Counted from the first letter of the stretch, positions 44,423 to 54,402 are shown. The stretch is 64,000 nucleotides of DNA from Thermoplasmata archaeon (GCA_021826685.1 JAKAYT010000001.1:14789-78788), one strand, 5' to 3'. The notes: generated by a model from the sequence alone, not told the origin. Program-made: numbers and translations.

Positions 44423-45037
44423 CTACGGGATGACCTTGGTCTGCGTGCGCCGCTCTTCGCGGCGGTTCTGGGCACGGGAGGGGCGCATGCGCTCGGCGCC
44501 CTTGCCCTTCCAGCGAAGACCGCGGCCCTCCTTCCCGGTGCTCGTGAGACCGCGATACACGCGGCCCTTGTGCATCGCGCCCGTGATCCACTCCAGGCGA
44601 GGATCGTGGGCGATCTGAGGGTGCGCCGGATCGAGAAGGATCACTTCGAAGAACTTCTCCTTCCCGTCCTCTCCGATCCAGTAGGAGTTGAGGATCTCGA
44701 GGTTCGGATAGTGCTTCTGCGCGCGCTCCTCGGCGATGCGCTTCAAGCTCTTGGCAAGCGTCATGCGCGCGATCCCCTTGTGCTTGGGGCGACGACCGGC
44801 GATGATCGCACGCTTGTTCTGACCGCCTCGCCGCACGCGGACGCGAACTACGACGAACCCTTCCTTCGCTCGGTAGCCGACCGCCCGCGCTCGGTCGAGG
44901 CGCAGAGGATGCTCGACGCGCGTGACGGTGTTTTCCCGCCGCCAGGAGAGCAGTCGCTCGTGCCGAAGCGCAGCGCCCTCGTCCCCGAGGGTCTGGCGGA
45001 ACGAGCTCGCCATATAGCGATAGGACGACGCCCCCAT
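44423..45037 (-). CDS. rpl15e: 50S ribosomal protein L15e
   Basis: RLDRARAVGYRAKEGFVVVRVRVRRGG and YWIGEDG...FEVILLDP are characteristic. A TTATAATA box lies about 30 nt upstream. Confidence 0.95.
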   Translation of the reverse strand: MGASSYRYMASSFRQTLGDEGAALRHERLLSWRRENTVTRVEHPLRLDRARAVGYRAKEGFVVVRVRVRRGGQNKRAIIAGRRPKHKGIARMTLAKSLKRIAEERAQKHYPNLEILNSYWIGEDGKEKFFEVILLDPAHPQIAHDPRLEWITGAMHKGRVYRGLTSTGKEGRGLRWKGKGAERMRPSRAQNRREERRTQTKVIP

Positions 45038-45212
45038 GATGGTCGGCGGGGGACTCGCGTGCCTATTATAAGCGTGGCGAGGTCGGAGGGGCGGCCGGCG
45101 ACGGATAGGCCCGCTTCCAGCGAGTTCCGGCCTGAAGGGTGAGGAGGTAAGATCGCAAGGAATCCTCCGCGGTTCTGCGGCGCATGCACCGAGTGCGCGT
45201 AGGGCTCTGTGC

Positions 45213-45286
45213 GGGCTGGTAGATCAGTCCGGAAGATCGCCGGTTTTGCAAACCGGAGGCCTCGGGTTCAAATCCCGACCAGTCCA
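45213..45286 (+). tRNA. tRNA-Ala (anticodon UGC)
   Basis: The 74-nt cloverleaf is GGGCTGG TA GATC AGTCCGGAA GATC G CCGGT TTTGCAA ACCGG AGGCC TCGGG TTCAAAT CCCGA CCAGTCC A. The third acceptor pair is G:U, the Ala identity element. Confidence 0.9.
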
Positions 45287-45516
45287 CTCCAAGCGCTCCG
45301 TCGGTGAGGTCGCGTCGTTCCGCGGAGCCTCGCCCACCGGGCATCGAGACCGCGGGCGGGGCCCGGGAAAGTTCGTGCTTCGATCTCCAGCGGCCGTCGC
45401 CACCTCTCGGGGGGTCGCCCGCGACGGCGGTCTCCCCAGTTCGACCGATCCCGCACCCGCGAGCCGTTGCGAACCCTCAATTCGCCGAAGGTGCATGGTC
45501 CCCCGGGGTCGCGAAC

Positions 45517-46587
45517 GTGCGCCTAGTCCGTCAGGATCGTACAACAGGGGAGATTCGACTGCGCCTGGAGACTCCGAGCGACCTTTGGCGCCTCGCGCGC
45601 CTTGTCCACCCGGGAGACCGAGTAGGCAGTTCGACGACCCGACGTGATCCCGAGGCTCCGGTGGACGTCGCGGCCGCCGAGCGGACCCGGCGGCGCGTGT
45701 GGCTGGTCGTCGCGACCGACTCGGTCGAGTTCCATGGCTTTAGCCAACACGTGCGCGTTTCCGGCCCGATCGTCGACGGACCGTTCGACCTCGGACGGCA
45801 CCACACGCTCGACATCGGGGTCGGAGACGAGGTCGCCTGGCTCAAGCCCGAACTCTCCGGAGCCGATCGTTCGCTGCTCGAGGAGGGGCTGCAGCACCGT
45901 GGGGACCCCGAAATCCTGATCGCCTCGGTCGATTGGGGAGAGTCTTCCCTCCTGCGGGTCCGCGGTCGGGCGGTCGAACCCATCGTCGATCTGAGACGGA
46001 CGCTGGCGGGCAAGCAGTTCGGAGCCACGCAGGCCTCTAAGGACCGCGAGACCTATCTGACGGAACTGGTCGCCCTCGTTCGCCGTTCGGCCCGCGAGGC
46101 GAGCGTCGTAGCGATCGCGGGCCCCGGATTCCTCAAGGAGGAGCTTTCGCGCCGGCTGATCGAGGAGGATCCTTCGCTCAAGAGCAAGATTCGCGTCTAC
46201 GCGACGGCCGAGTCGGGTCGGTCCGGCGCGGACGAGCTCCTCCGATCGGGGCGCGCGGCCGACGCCCTTCGAGGCACGGTCGCGGCCGAGGAAGCGACCC
46301 TGGTGGAGGCGCTGATCAAAGGGCTCGCATCCCGGGTCCGAGCCGCGGTCGGCGCGGAAGAGGTCGGTGAGGCAGTCGACGCGGGAGCCGTCGAGACCCT
46401 GCTCGTGGGGGAATCCCACCTCGCGGACCCGGACGTGTCCCAAGTGCTCGATCGAGCTCGCAGCGGACGCGCGCGGATCTTCGTCGTGCGGGACACCGAG
46501 GGTCCGGGAACTCAGTTACGATCGTTCGGTGGGATCGCGGCGATCCTGCGCTACGATTGGACGAGCGCGCGGCCTACTACGGGATAG
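45517..46587 (+). CDS. pelA: Pelota (Dom34) mRNA surveillance factor
   Basis: A GTG start gives VRLVRQDRTTGEIRLRLETPSDLWRLARLV. The protein is about 356 aa with an eRF1-like C-terminal domain. The 71 upstream codons in the ORF track were rejected. Confidence 0.85.
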   Translation: MRLVRQDRTTGEIRLRLETPSDLWRLARLVHPGDRVGSSTTRRDPEAPVDVAAAERTRRRVWLVVATDSVEFHGFSQHVRVSGPIVDGPFDLGRHHTLDIGVGDEVAWLKPELSGADRSLLEEGLQHRGDPEILIASVDWGESSLLRVRGRAVEPIVDLRRTLAGKQFGATQASKDRETYLTELVALVRRSAREASVVAIAGPGFLKEELSRRLIEEDPSLKSKIRVYATAESGRSGADELLRSGRAADALRGTVAAEEATLVEALIKGLASRVRAAVGAEEVGEAVDAGAVETLLVGESHLADPDVSQVLDRARSGRARIFVVRDTEGPGTQLRSFGGIAAILRYDWTSARPTTG

Positions 46588-47422
46588 CCTGGACCGCTTC
46601 GCGCAGTTCCTCGAATCGGCGCTTCAGGTCCTTGAGCGCGTAGCGAAGCGCCTCGCGGGCGCTGAGCGAGCCATCGGTTTCGAACTCGAACAGGAACTTG
46701 TGCTCGTCCGGGACCACCGTGATGGAACCGTGCTCACATTCCTTCTCGCATGCACCGCACAAGATGCACTTCGATTCGTCGGTGACGGAGAGCTTCCCGT
46801 CGGCGTACGGGAGGATCTTCACCGGGCACACGCCGCTCACGCGCCGAAGGCACGCATCCGAGCAGCCCGCCTTCTTCGCGATCTTCACGTGGGGATAGGG
46901 GCTCATCCCGACCGCGTGGGCGACTTGCCACTTCGCGTGATCGCGGGCCGACCCTACGATGGCGGTGGCGTAGGCGAGGAGGGCTTGATGCGCCCCGAGC
47001 CGGACGATCGGCACCTCGGGCTCGAGGACCGCTAGGCTCGGGTCGCCGAGAGGGACGACGTCGCGGGCGTAGACCGTGCAAGGACCCTTCTTGTCGATCG
47101 AGTACATCACCTGGCAGCTCGGGCAACCCGCGCCTCCGCAAGTGCACTCGGACTTGCGCCGGAACTGGCCGAGGTCCGTGGGGAGCGGCAAGAGTCCGAG
47201 GCGAAGCGCGACGGCTTCGTCGAACATGCTCGTGGAGGAATCGTAGTCCTTCCCCGTGGCCTCGTCACGGATCGGGCCGAGATGGAATTCGACGTCCTCG
47301 ATCGCGAGCTTCGGAACGTCCGCGATCAGGGTGCGTCGGATGGCGTTCACTCGGTTCGCGCTCGCTTCGTCGATCTCGAGGCTCGCGTGCCGCGTCGTGA
47401 GCTCTTGGATCGTGACCTGCAT
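46577..47422 (-). CDS. rpoD: DNA-directed RNA polymerase subunit D (Rpo3) with ferredoxin-like Cys clusters
   Basis: From MQVTIQEL it reads ANRVNAIRRTLIADVPKLAIEDVEF. The cysteine clusters are CTCGGAGCPSC and CILCGACEKEC. It follows S13-S4-S11, as in archaea. Confidence 0.9.
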   Translation of the reverse strand: MQVTIQELTTRHASLEIDEASANRVNAIRRTLIADVPKLAIEDVEFHLGPIRDEATGKDYDSSTSMFDEAVALRLGLLPLPTDLGQFRRKSECTCGGAGCPSCQVMYSIDKKGPCTVYARDVVPLGDPSLAVLEPEVPIVRLGAHQALLAYATAIVGSARDHAKWQVAHAVGMSPYPHVKIAKKAGCSDACLRRVSGVCPVKILPYADGKLSVTDESKCILCGACEKECEHGSITVVPDEHKFLFEFETDGSLSAREALRYALKDLKRRFEELREAVQAIP

Positions 47423-47435
47423 GGATCGGACTCCG

Positions 47436-47819
47436 TTACACTCGTCGTCCGCGTCGACCACCCTTAGGCTTTGTGCCATCGTGGGGCACAGGGGTAACGT
47501 CCTCGATCCGGTGGATTTTCACGCCCGCCCGGGCGAGGGCCCGGATCGCGGCTTGGGCCCCCGGGCCCGGGGAGCGGGAACGGTTCCCGCCGGGAGCGCG
47601 GACCCGGACGTGGAGGGTCTCGTACCCCTTCTCCTTGATGATCGCGGCCACCTGGTCGGCCGCCTTCATGGCGGCGTAGGGGCTCGACTCGTCGCGCGCC
47701 GCCTTCACGACCATGCCTCCGGTCGCCTTTGCGAGCGTCTCGGAACCGGTGATGTCGGTGACGGTGATGTGAATGTTGTTGTAACTCGCGTAGATGTGCG
47801 CGATGCCGATCTTCGCCAT
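47436..47819 (-). CDS. rps11: 30S ribosomal protein S11
   Basis: [21 protein letters not shown] and the C-terminal [20 protein letters not shown] are characteristic. Confidence 0.95.
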   Translation of the reverse strand: MAKIGIAHIYASYNNIHITVTDITGSETLAKATGGMVVKAARDESSPYAAMKAADQVAAIIKEKGYETLHVRVRAPGGNRSRSPGPGAQAAIRALARAGVKIHRIEDVTPVPHDGTKPKGGRRGRRV

Positions 47820-47825
47820 GGGAAT

Positions 47826-48425
47826 CTACGACGCCTCCTGGGCCTCGGGAGGGGCGACCGGGTTCGCCCGCGTCGCCTCTCGCGCCGCCTCGCGTTCGCG
47901 CAAGGCGACGCGCAATGGATGTTCGTCGCTGGTGAGCGGGCTCGTCGGATCGTACGCGATCCCGGCCTCCTCCGCGGATTTGACGAGATACCCGGGACGC
48001 GTGACCCGGTGGTCGCCAATCGCGATGTGGCCGTGAACGATGATCTGTCGGGCACCGCGGGGCGTGGGGGCCAGGCCCTTCGCGGCGACGATCCACTCGA
48101 GACGGCGGCGCAGGATCTCCTCGGTGGTAAGGGCCAGCACGTCGTCGATCGTGGACGTGCCGACGGAGAGGACGCCGAGCCGTACCAAGCGGTCGAGCAG
48201 TAGGGTTGTCTCGCGCTGCGCTTGGGGCTCTGCGGCGCGCAACCGCGCCTGCAGGTCGCGCGCCTGCCGGCGGAACCCGCGGAGTGTCGATTGGGCCTTC
48301 CAAAGCTCGCGCTTGTTCTTGAGGCCGTACTTCACGAGAAGCTTACGCTCCTCCTCCATCCGCGTCGCTTCCCACGGATGCTTCGGCTTGTCGTAGGAGC
48401 GGCGGACGAACTTCGGATCTCCCAT
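47826..48425 (-). CDS. rps4: 30S ribosomal protein S4
   Basis: The N-terminus reads MGDPKFVRRSYDKPKHPWE...YGLKNKRELWKA. An S4 RNA-binding domain is present. Confidence 0.95.
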   Translation of the reverse strand: MGDPKFVRRSYDKPKHPWEATRMEEERKLLVKYGLKNKRELWKAQSTLRGFRRQARDLQARLRAAEPQAQRETTLLLDRLVRLGVLSVGTSTIDDVLALTTEEILRRRLEWIVAAKGLAPTPRGARQIIVHGHIAIGDHRVTRPGYLVKSAEEAGIAYDPTSPLTSDEHPLRVALREREAAREATRANPVAPPEAQEAS

Positions 48426-48428
48426 GCT

Positions 48429-49169
48429 CTACGCGGCCTCCTTCTTCGGGGCCGCGGGCTTGGCCGCCGGAGCGGCAGCGGGCGCTGCCTCCTCCCTCGC
48501 CTTCGTCTGGGCGGCCTCCTTGGCCGCCTTCTTCAGCACGCCAGCCGCCATGCCCGTCCGCCCGTTGGAACGAGTGCGCTGACCGCGGACTTTCTGTCCG
48601 CGCTCATGACGAACGCCCCGGTAGGATCGGATCATCTTCATCTGATTGATCGCGTCGCGGCCGGCGGTCTCGAGATCCGGCCCGAAGCGGTGGAACGTGT
48701 CGCCTCCGACGTAATCGCGTGGCTCGTTCGTCATCCACGCCGGGAGCTTCTTCGGAAGGTCCACCAGGGTCGCCTCGATCTGGTCGACCGTCGCCTCCGG
48801 GAGATCACCGATCAGGCCGTGGGGGTCGACCCCCGCCAGCTGGCAGGTCGCTTCGGCGATGCGGAGCCCCACGCCGCTCACGCCGGTGAGGGCCAGAGCG
48901 GTACGCCGCCGGCCGTCGAGATCCGTGTTCGCGACGCGGACGATGTAACGGAAGTTCGGGTTCGTGGATACCGGTGCACCGGCCTTAGCGGTCGGGGCGA
49001 GGGGTCCCTTCTTTCCCTTTCCGTGACCTCCCGCTTCCTTCTCCTCGGCCTTGTTGCGGCCCGGCTTTTCCTTCTTCGCCGATGTCTTTTCGGCCCCCGC
49101 GGATGGCGCTTCCGCTGGAGGCGCGGCGGGTTCCTGCTCGTCCTTCGGGTTCTTCGGCGCGAGTTCCAC
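48429..49169 (-). CDS. rps13: 30S ribosomal protein S13 with low-complexity N- and C-terminal extensions
   Basis: The S13 core runs from FRYIVRVANTDLDG to MKMIRSYRGVRH. GTG 49169 is the first canonical start downstream of the TTAAAAA box. The ORF-track TTG 49271 lies upstream of that box. Confidence 0.9.
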   Translation of the reverse strand: MELAPKNPKDEQEPAAPPAEAPSAGAEKTSAKKEKPGRNKAEEKEAGGHGKGKKGPLAPTAKAGAPVSTNPNFRYIVRVANTDLDGRRRTALALTGVSGVGLRIAEATCQLAGVDPHGLIGDLPEATVDQIEATLVDLPKKLPAWMTNEPRDYVGGDTFHRFGPDLETAGRDAINQMKMIRSYRGVRHERGQKVRGQRTRSNGRTGMAAGVLKKAAKEAAQTKAREEAAPAAAPAAKPAAPKKEAA

Positions 49170-49252
49170 CTTCGTCAGAGTATGCCCGCACGAGCGTTTG
49201 AGCCTCGCGTCGCCGGCTCGCCGCGGGAGTGTCGGCGCGCAACAGGCCTCCC

Positions 49253-49259
49253 TTTTTAA
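49253..49259 (-). promoter_or_regulatory. TATA box (TTAAAAA on the minus strand) for the S13-S4-S11-RpoD operon
   Basis: This is the strongest A/T element in the spacer. Upstream on the minus strand it is preceded by a short GC hairpin and a T5 run that end the methyltransferase gene. Confidence 0.5.
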
Positions 49260-49328
49260 GCGCTTCGCCAAAAAGACGGCAGCGGACCCACGGGCGCGGA
49301 AAGCCCGGGCACCCGGGGCCGAAAATCC

Positions 49329-49982
49329 CTACGGTGCGTGCTTGCGCGGAGCGAGGCGTGCCTCGATCACGCGGTAGCCGGAGCCGCGACCGAGGATCTC
49401 GACCGGCCCCGGCCAGGTTGCTTCGAGGAGGTCTTGGTAGAACTTGATCCCTTGGCTCTTCTTGCCGACGACGACCAGGCGGCCGCCCGGGGCGAGGTGA
49501 GGGGGCGCCTCGGCGATCAGCTGTTGGATCAGCGGACGGCCCGCCCGGTACGGAGGGTTCGAGACGATCAGATCGAAACGCTCGCCGTCCACGGGCTCGA
49601 AGAGCGAACCGATCCGGACCTCCGCGTTCTCGATGTGGTTGCGCTCAAGGTTGCGACGCGCGAGATGCGCCGCTCGACGGTTGACGTCGACCAAGATAAC
49701 ATGGCCGGACTCGGCGGACTTCGCGGCCGCGATGCCGACCGCCCCCCATCCGCACCCCATGTCGAGGACCCGGTCCGAGGGTCCGACGACGGTGCTCTCG
49801 ATGAGAAGCTCGGTACCTCGGTCGAGGCCGGAGCTCGCGAAGACGCCTCGATCGACCTCGACCTCGATCACCTCGCCCCGATACAGGAACCGCAGATGGC
49901 GGCGCGCCGAGCGGGAACGGGGCTGCGCCGTGAAGTACGTATCGTTGGCCCCAGGGTCGCCGTCGTCCGGCAAGGTCCTCAC
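49329..49982 (-). CDS. Class I SAM-dependent methyltransferase, small-domain (RsmC/MJ0882-like) type
   Basis: [29 protein letters not shown] and [12 protein letters not shown] (NPPY) are present. The GTG start overlaps the dnaJ stop (GTGA). Confidence 0.75.
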   Translation of the reverse strand: MRTLPDDGDPGANDTYFTAQPRSRSARRHLRFLYRGEVIEVEVDRGVFASSGLDRGTELLIESTVVGPSDRVLDMGCGWGAVGIAAAKSAESGHVILVDVNRRAAHLARRNLERNHIENAEVRIGSLFEPVDGERFDLIVSNPPYRAGRPLIQQLIAEAPPHLAPGGRLVVVGKKSQGIKFYQDLLEATWPGPVEILGRGSGYRVIEARLAPRKHAP

Positions 49983-51112
49983 TCCCCGCGCCCGAAGAGG
50001 GAACTCCGACGCGACGTCGCCTCTTCGGGGAACGCTTCCTCGAGGAGCTGCTTCTGCCGACCGGACAGCGACTTCGGGATCTCCACCATCGCGATAGCGT
50101 AGAGATCCCCGCGGCTCCCGCCGCCGAACTTCGGCAACCCTTGGCCCTTGAGCCGGAGCTCGTGCCCGCACTGCGTGCCGGAGGGGATCTTCAGGTGGAG
50201 GTCGTGGCCGTCGAGGGACCGCACGGTTACCTCGCCGCCTAAGATCGCCGCGCGCAACGGCACGAATACGTCGGTGAAGAGATCCTGGCCATCCCGACGG
50301 AAGGTCGCGTGACTCTCGATGTCGATCTTGGCGTACAGGTCTCCCGGCGGCCCGCCGGTCGAAGAAGGTAGGCCCTGACCCGCCAGCCGCAGGCGCGTTC
50401 CGGTGTCCACGCCCGGCGGTATCTGGACCTCGAGATGCTTCGTAATCCGAGCCTGTCCCGTGCCCTTGCAGTTCTTGCACTTCTCCAGGATCTTGCGACC
50501 GGTTCCCCGACAGGTCGGGCACGGCCCGATCGTGACGAATTGACCCCCCATCTGCCGGATGACCCGCTGGACCTGACCCCGCCCCTGGCAGGTCGGGCAG
50601 GTCTCGAAGGCGGTACCGTCCCGTGCGCCCGTACCTTTGCACACCGGGCACGGGCCGACGACCGGGATCGAGATCGACGAGCGCGCCCCGGTGAGCGCTG
50701 CGGCCAAGGGTACGCGAATGGTCACCTCGATGTTGCGACCCGGCATGGGCCCGCCGAACCCCGGTCCCCCGCCGAACATACTGCCGAAGAGTTGCTGGAA
50801 GATGGGGTTGGAGCCGAGAAGGTCCTCGAGATCCGAGGCGTGGGTGAAGTTCTGCCACGTGAACCCCTGCGGTCCGAAGTCGCTTTCCACGGCCGAGAAG
50901 CCCATCGTGTCGTAGCGCTTGCGGCGCTCCGGATCCGCGAGCACCTCGTACGCCTCGCTCAGCTCCTTGAACTTCTCTTCCGCCGCCTTGGGATTGTCCC
51001 GGTTCATATCGGGGTGGTGCTCGCGAGCCAGCCGGCGGTATGCCGCCTTGATGTCGTCCGCGCTCGCGGTCTTGGGTACTCCCAGAACCTCGTAGTAATC
51101 CCGACGTGCCAT
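49979..51112 (-). CDS. dnaJ: Chaperone DnaJ (Hsp40)
   Basis: The J domain reads DYYEVLGV...HHPD. Four CxxCxGxG repeats are present ([32 protein letters not shown]). Confidence 0.95.
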   Translation of the reverse strand: MARRDYYEVLGVPKTASADDIKAAYRRLAREHHPDMNRDNPKAAEEKFKELSEAYEVLADPERRKRYDTMGFSAVESDFGPQGFTWQNFTHASDLEDLLGSNPIFQQLFGSMFGGGPGFGGPMPGRNIEVTIRVPLAAALTGARSSISIPVVGPCPVCKGTGARDGTAFETCPTCQGRGQVQRVIRQMGGQFVTIGPCPTCRGTGRKILEKCKNCKGTGQARITKHLEVQIPPGVDTGTRLRLAGQGLPSSTGGPPGDLYAKIDIESHATFRRDGQDLFTDVFVPLRAAILGGEVTVRSLDGHDLHLKIPSGTQCGHELRLKGQGLPKFGGGSRGDLYAIAMVEIPKSLSGRQKQLLEEAFPEEATSRRSSLFGRGE

Positions 51113-51174
51113 GCCTTCACCGTGTGCGGATCAGGTATCTCTCGACTCGCGCGGTCCCATCTCGCTTACCTAGG

Positions 51175-52113
51175 TTAGAGTCGGACCGCTTTAGGTCGCC
51201 GGTGGCCGACGAACGACGCGAGGACGCGCGGAACCCGGGGCCTCGAGCTATCGCTCGATCGCCGGCGGGAGGACGCCCCGCGGCCCCGGAGCTGTGCGTC
51301 CGATACGCGAACCTCGATCCGATCGGCCGACCGAGCCTCCAAGTGACGGGCGGCGCTCCCCTGGCCGATGGCGATCTCTAACAGGCCGAAGCTCGAAGGG
51401 AGAATGCCGAGCCGACCGATGCCCAGCGCTTCGTACGACCTCGCGAACGGGAGCGTGCGGGGGGGATCCGCGCGGAGACGCAGCTGCGCCGACCGGGCTC
51501 CCGCCGGCCAGGCCTTGCTCGGGATGCTGGTGACGAGGTTCCCGAACCGGTCGACGTGGAGGACCTCTCCCGTGAGGGCTCCCTCCCGGATCCGCGCCGG
51601 AGGTAGGCGGACGCGCCGGGGTCGGACGCGCGGACCGAGTTCCGAGGGTGGGCTTCCCCGAGCGATCCGGGCCGCGGCAGGTGCGAAGAGGTCGCGGCCG
51701 TCGAACGTGCGACCCACCCGGTGACGGGCAGGGAGTCGACGAGCGTCGATGCGATACGCGGAGCGGTAGCCGAGTCGCTCCGCGAGCGGCCACAATACTC
51801 CGTTATCCGGTCCCACCAGAACGGAACCATCGCGGCATTCGATCACGATGGGAGCTCGGGCTCCCCCTACGCCGGGGTCGATCACGGCGATGTGGATCGA
51901 GCCGGCGGGGAATCGTTCGGCCATCGCACGCAGGAGAAAGCCGGCCTCGCGGATACCGTGGGCCGGCAGGTCGTGGGCCAAGTCGAAGATTTCGGCGGCA
52001 TGCAAGCTCTGGGCGAGCACCGCGCGCATCTGGGCCGCGTAGACGCTGCCGGTATCGCTGGTCAGCGTGACGATCCGCCGGCCGCCCCGAACGACCCGTG
52101 TCCTACGGGTCAT
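51175..52113 (-). CDS. SAM hydroxide adenosyltransferase-like protein (DUF62 family)
   Basis: IVTLTSDTGS...DLAHDLP...IHIAVIDPGVG...VGPDNGVL match the family pattern. Confidence 0.8.
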   Translation of the reverse strand: MTRRTRVVRGGRRIVTLTSDTGSVYAAQMRAVLAQSLHAAEIFDLAHDLPAHGIREAGFLLRAMAERFPAGSIHIAVIDPGVGGARAPIVIECRDGSVLVGPDNGVLWPLAERLGYRSAYRIDARRLPARHRVGRTFDGRDLFAPAAARIARGSPPSELGPRVRPRRVRLPPARIREGALTGEVLHVDRFGNLVTSIPSKAWPAGARSAQLRLRADPPRTLPFARSYEALGIGRLGILPSSFGLLEIAIGQGSAARHLEARSADRIEVRVSDAQLRGRGASSRRRSSDSSRPRVPRVLASFVGHRRPKAVRL

Positions 52114-52125
52114 GACCGGATCCGT

Positions 52126-52473
52126 CTACGACTTCATGATGGCGACCAAGAAGATTCCGACCGCCGCCAGGGCGCCGATGACCGCCGCGATGATCACAAG
52201 GAACGATTGCCAGAGCAGCGTTCCGAGCTGGTGTGGCGGCGAGCCGTAGTAGCTGTACACGAAGGCGAAGAGGAGCCCCACGACTAGGCCGACGACAAGG
52301 AGCGCTACCCCGATTCCCCGGCTCCGTCCGCTCCCGAAGTAGGCGGTGAACGCGCCGGCGAGGACCAGGAACAGCCCGAAGATCAGCAGCAGGATCGTGA
52401 TGAACTGCCAGCCGCCCACGCTCAGCGAATTCGCGGCGCCCATGATTGCCCATCCTACCATCGAATGATTCAC
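52126..52473 (-). CDS. Small membrane protein, function unknown
   Basis: The 115-aa ORF has three to four hydrophobic helices. Confidence 0.5.
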   Translation of the reverse strand: MNHSMVGWAIMGAANSLSVGGWQFITILLLIFGLFLVLAGAFTAYFGSGRSRGIGVALLVVGLVVGLLFAFVYSYYGSPPHQLGTLLWQSFLVIIAAVIGALAAVGIFLVAIMKS

Positions 52474-52483
52474 TCCCTCGTGT

Positions 52484-52717
52484 TCAGAACCGGATACCGG
52501 TCAACGTCTTGGTGTCGATCACGCCCGGAACGCTTCGGATCTGGTCGACAACCAACTGACCGAGCGCGTTGAAGTCCTCTGCTTCGACCTTCGCGATCAA
52601 GTCATACTCTCCGAAGAGCGGATGCAACTCCACGATCCCCTTGACGCGAAGGAGTTCGTTGTACACGTCGTGCTCCTTGGCCGGGGCCGTACTGATCAAC
52701 ACAAAGCCGATCGCCAC
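52484..52717 (-). CDS. Stand-alone Lrp/AsnC-type ligand-binding (RAM) domain protein
   Basis: The 77-aa ORF reads AIGFVLISTAP...VYNELLRVKGIVELHPLFGEYDLIAKVEAEDFNAL. No HTH is present. Confidence 0.75.
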   Translation of the reverse strand: MAIGFVLISTAPAKEHDVYNELLRVKGIVELHPLFGEYDLIAKVEAEDFNALGQLVVDQIRSVPGVIDTKTLTGIRF

Positions 52718-52930
52718 AGTTCACCGGTGTAGATATCGCTCGGACAACGGCCTACTTTATAAGGATTGTCGAGAGCGAGCACGTTATTCTCGTTGGATAC
52801 GAAGGTGAGAGCGGGCGCCGCGCTTCCGCCCGATTTCCCGCGTCGGTCGTCGCCGTGGCAGGGCCTATCCAGTGCAGGCGCCGGCGCTTAAGTATCGACC
52901 CCTCAGAGACCAGAGCGAGGCTCCGAAGAG

Positions 52931-54367
52931 ATGAGCAGTCCGCCTGCGACGTGGCCCGGGCGACTGCTCGCAAAACCGTGGCTGCTCGCGTTCGTTCCGG
53001 TCAACGCCGCGACCGCTGGGTTCGGCGTTGTCCTTCCTCTGATCATCCTGCTCCCGCTGCACGGGACCTGGGGCGAGGTCGCCCTCGCGGCTACGATCTA
53101 CAACTCGGCGGTCATCGCCTCCTCCGTCGTCTGGGGTCACCTCGCGGACCGGTACCCGCGCCGCCGGTGGTTCCTCGTGATCAACTACGGGGCTTATGCG
53201 GCTCTCTACGCGCTCATTGCGCTGCTCCCCTCGATCAATGCGCTGTACCTCCTCTACGCCGTCATCGGGCTCGTGGCACCGGCGGGAGCGAGCGCGTCGA
53301 CGCTGCTCATCTTGGAGAAGTTTCCCGAACCCCAGCGAGCCACCGCCTACGCCTCCTTCCAAGAGGTGTCCATTATCGGTAGCATGGTCGGGCTCTTGCT
53401 CGGCTTTGCGTGGACGGCCGACGCGCTCGCCCTCTACACCCTCCTCTATGTGCTCGGTGGCCTCGCGGGTGCCTCTGCGATTGCGATCTGGTTCAGCGTT
53501 CGCGAAGGCGAGCGCATCGCGCGCACCACCCAGGTGGCGCACCACATCGACAGCCTGACCGCACGCACCCGGCAGATCCCCGGCCTTCGCATTTCGATCC
53601 CGTTCTTCCCCGTTCGGCCGAAATTCACCCGAGCCGCGTGGAACCGCTTTCGTGGCTGGGTCCGCGAGGAGTTCACGCACGAGATCCCGCTCGTTCTCGC
53701 GGCCATCTTCCTGTTCAACTTTGCCGCGAACCTCTTCAATATCTCATTGACGCCGTACTTGGCGTCCATCGGACTCGCCGCGTCGGCGATCTTCCTCATC
53801 AATTTTAGCAACAGCGCAGGACAGGGGCTTATGTACCCGTTATCGGGGGGGCTGACGGCGCGCATGGGAGCGGATCGCCTCGTCCGGTATTCGACGTACA
53901 TCCGCGCCCTCTCCTATCTCGCCACGGCCGGCTTCGCGGTAGCCCTGCTCGTCGCCCCCGGCGCGTTCGGTGCGAATCTCATTGCCTATGGGATTGCCGG
54001 AGGAGCGATCGCCTTCTTCACCATCGCCTCGTCGCTGATGCTCTTTCGGAGCCTCCGGGGTCGGGACTCGGGCCGTGTACTCGGGGTGAACAGTGCCTTA
54101 GGCGGCCTCGCGGCCGTCGCAGGAGCCGGAGCCTCGGGGCTCCTCGCCCTCGCGAACAGCTACGTCCTCGTGTTCCTCGTGGCGACCGGCTCGCTCCTGG
54201 TCTCGTTGCCCGTCTGGGCGGCGGCAACCGTTGCCTACGAGCGGCATCATCGCCACCCCGAAGAGCGCATCCTGCCTCCCCCGGACCGGTCGAGGAGCGA
54301 ACCGCTCCAGCCCCCGCGGCACCGCGAAACGATGCCCGAGGGGGCCTCGCCGGCCAAGGGTGATTAA
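52931..54367 (+). CDS. MFS transporter
   Basis: The 478-aa ORF has about 12-14 hydrophobic segments. The loop GHLADRYPRRRW after TM2 is MFS-like. Confidence 0.8.
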   Translation: MSSPPATWPGRLLAKPWLLAFVPVNAATAGFGVVLPLIILLPLHGTWGEVALAATIYNSAVIASSVVWGHLADRYPRRRWFLVINYGAYAALYALIALLPSINALYLLYAVIGLVAPAGASASTLLILEKFPEPQRATAYASFQEVSIIGSMVGLLLGFAWTADALALYTLLYVLGGLAGASAIAIWFSVREGERIARTTQVAHHIDSLTARTRQIPGLRISIPFFPVRPKFTRAAWNRFRGWVREEFTHEIPLVLAAIFLFNFAANLFNISLTPYLASIGLAASAIFLINFSNSAGQGLMYPLSGGLTARMGADRLVRYSTYIRALSYLATAGFAVALLVAPGAFGANLIAYGIAGGAIAFFTIASSLMLFRSLRGRDSGRVLGVNSALGGLAAVAGAGASGLLALANSYVLVFLVATGSLLVSLPVWAAATVAYERHHRHPEERILPPPDRSRSEPLQPPRHRETMPEGASPAKGD

Positions 54368-54402
54368 CGCCGCTTGGTTGGGCCCACCACCACGAGGGCA
54401 CC

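Noticed and set aside
45213-45286. First read as tRNA-Cys because of GCA in the anticodon loop
   Set aside because: Correct register of the 7-nt loop TTTGCAA puts UGC at positions 34-36. The G3:U70 pair and the A73 discriminator fit tRNA-Ala.
45304-45516. 71-codon N-terminal extension of Pelota in the ORF track
   Set aside because: The extension is Pro/Arg/Ser-rich with no similarity to Pelota N-termini. GTG 45517 gives the expected VRLV...GEIRL start and the expected length. This leaves an unexplained 230-nt spacer after tRNA-Ala that contains an 8-bp stem (45393-45400/45421-45428).
49170-49271. TTG 49271 as the S13 start
   Set aside because: The codons would include the TTAAAAA box (49253-49259), which is better explained as the operon's TATA element.
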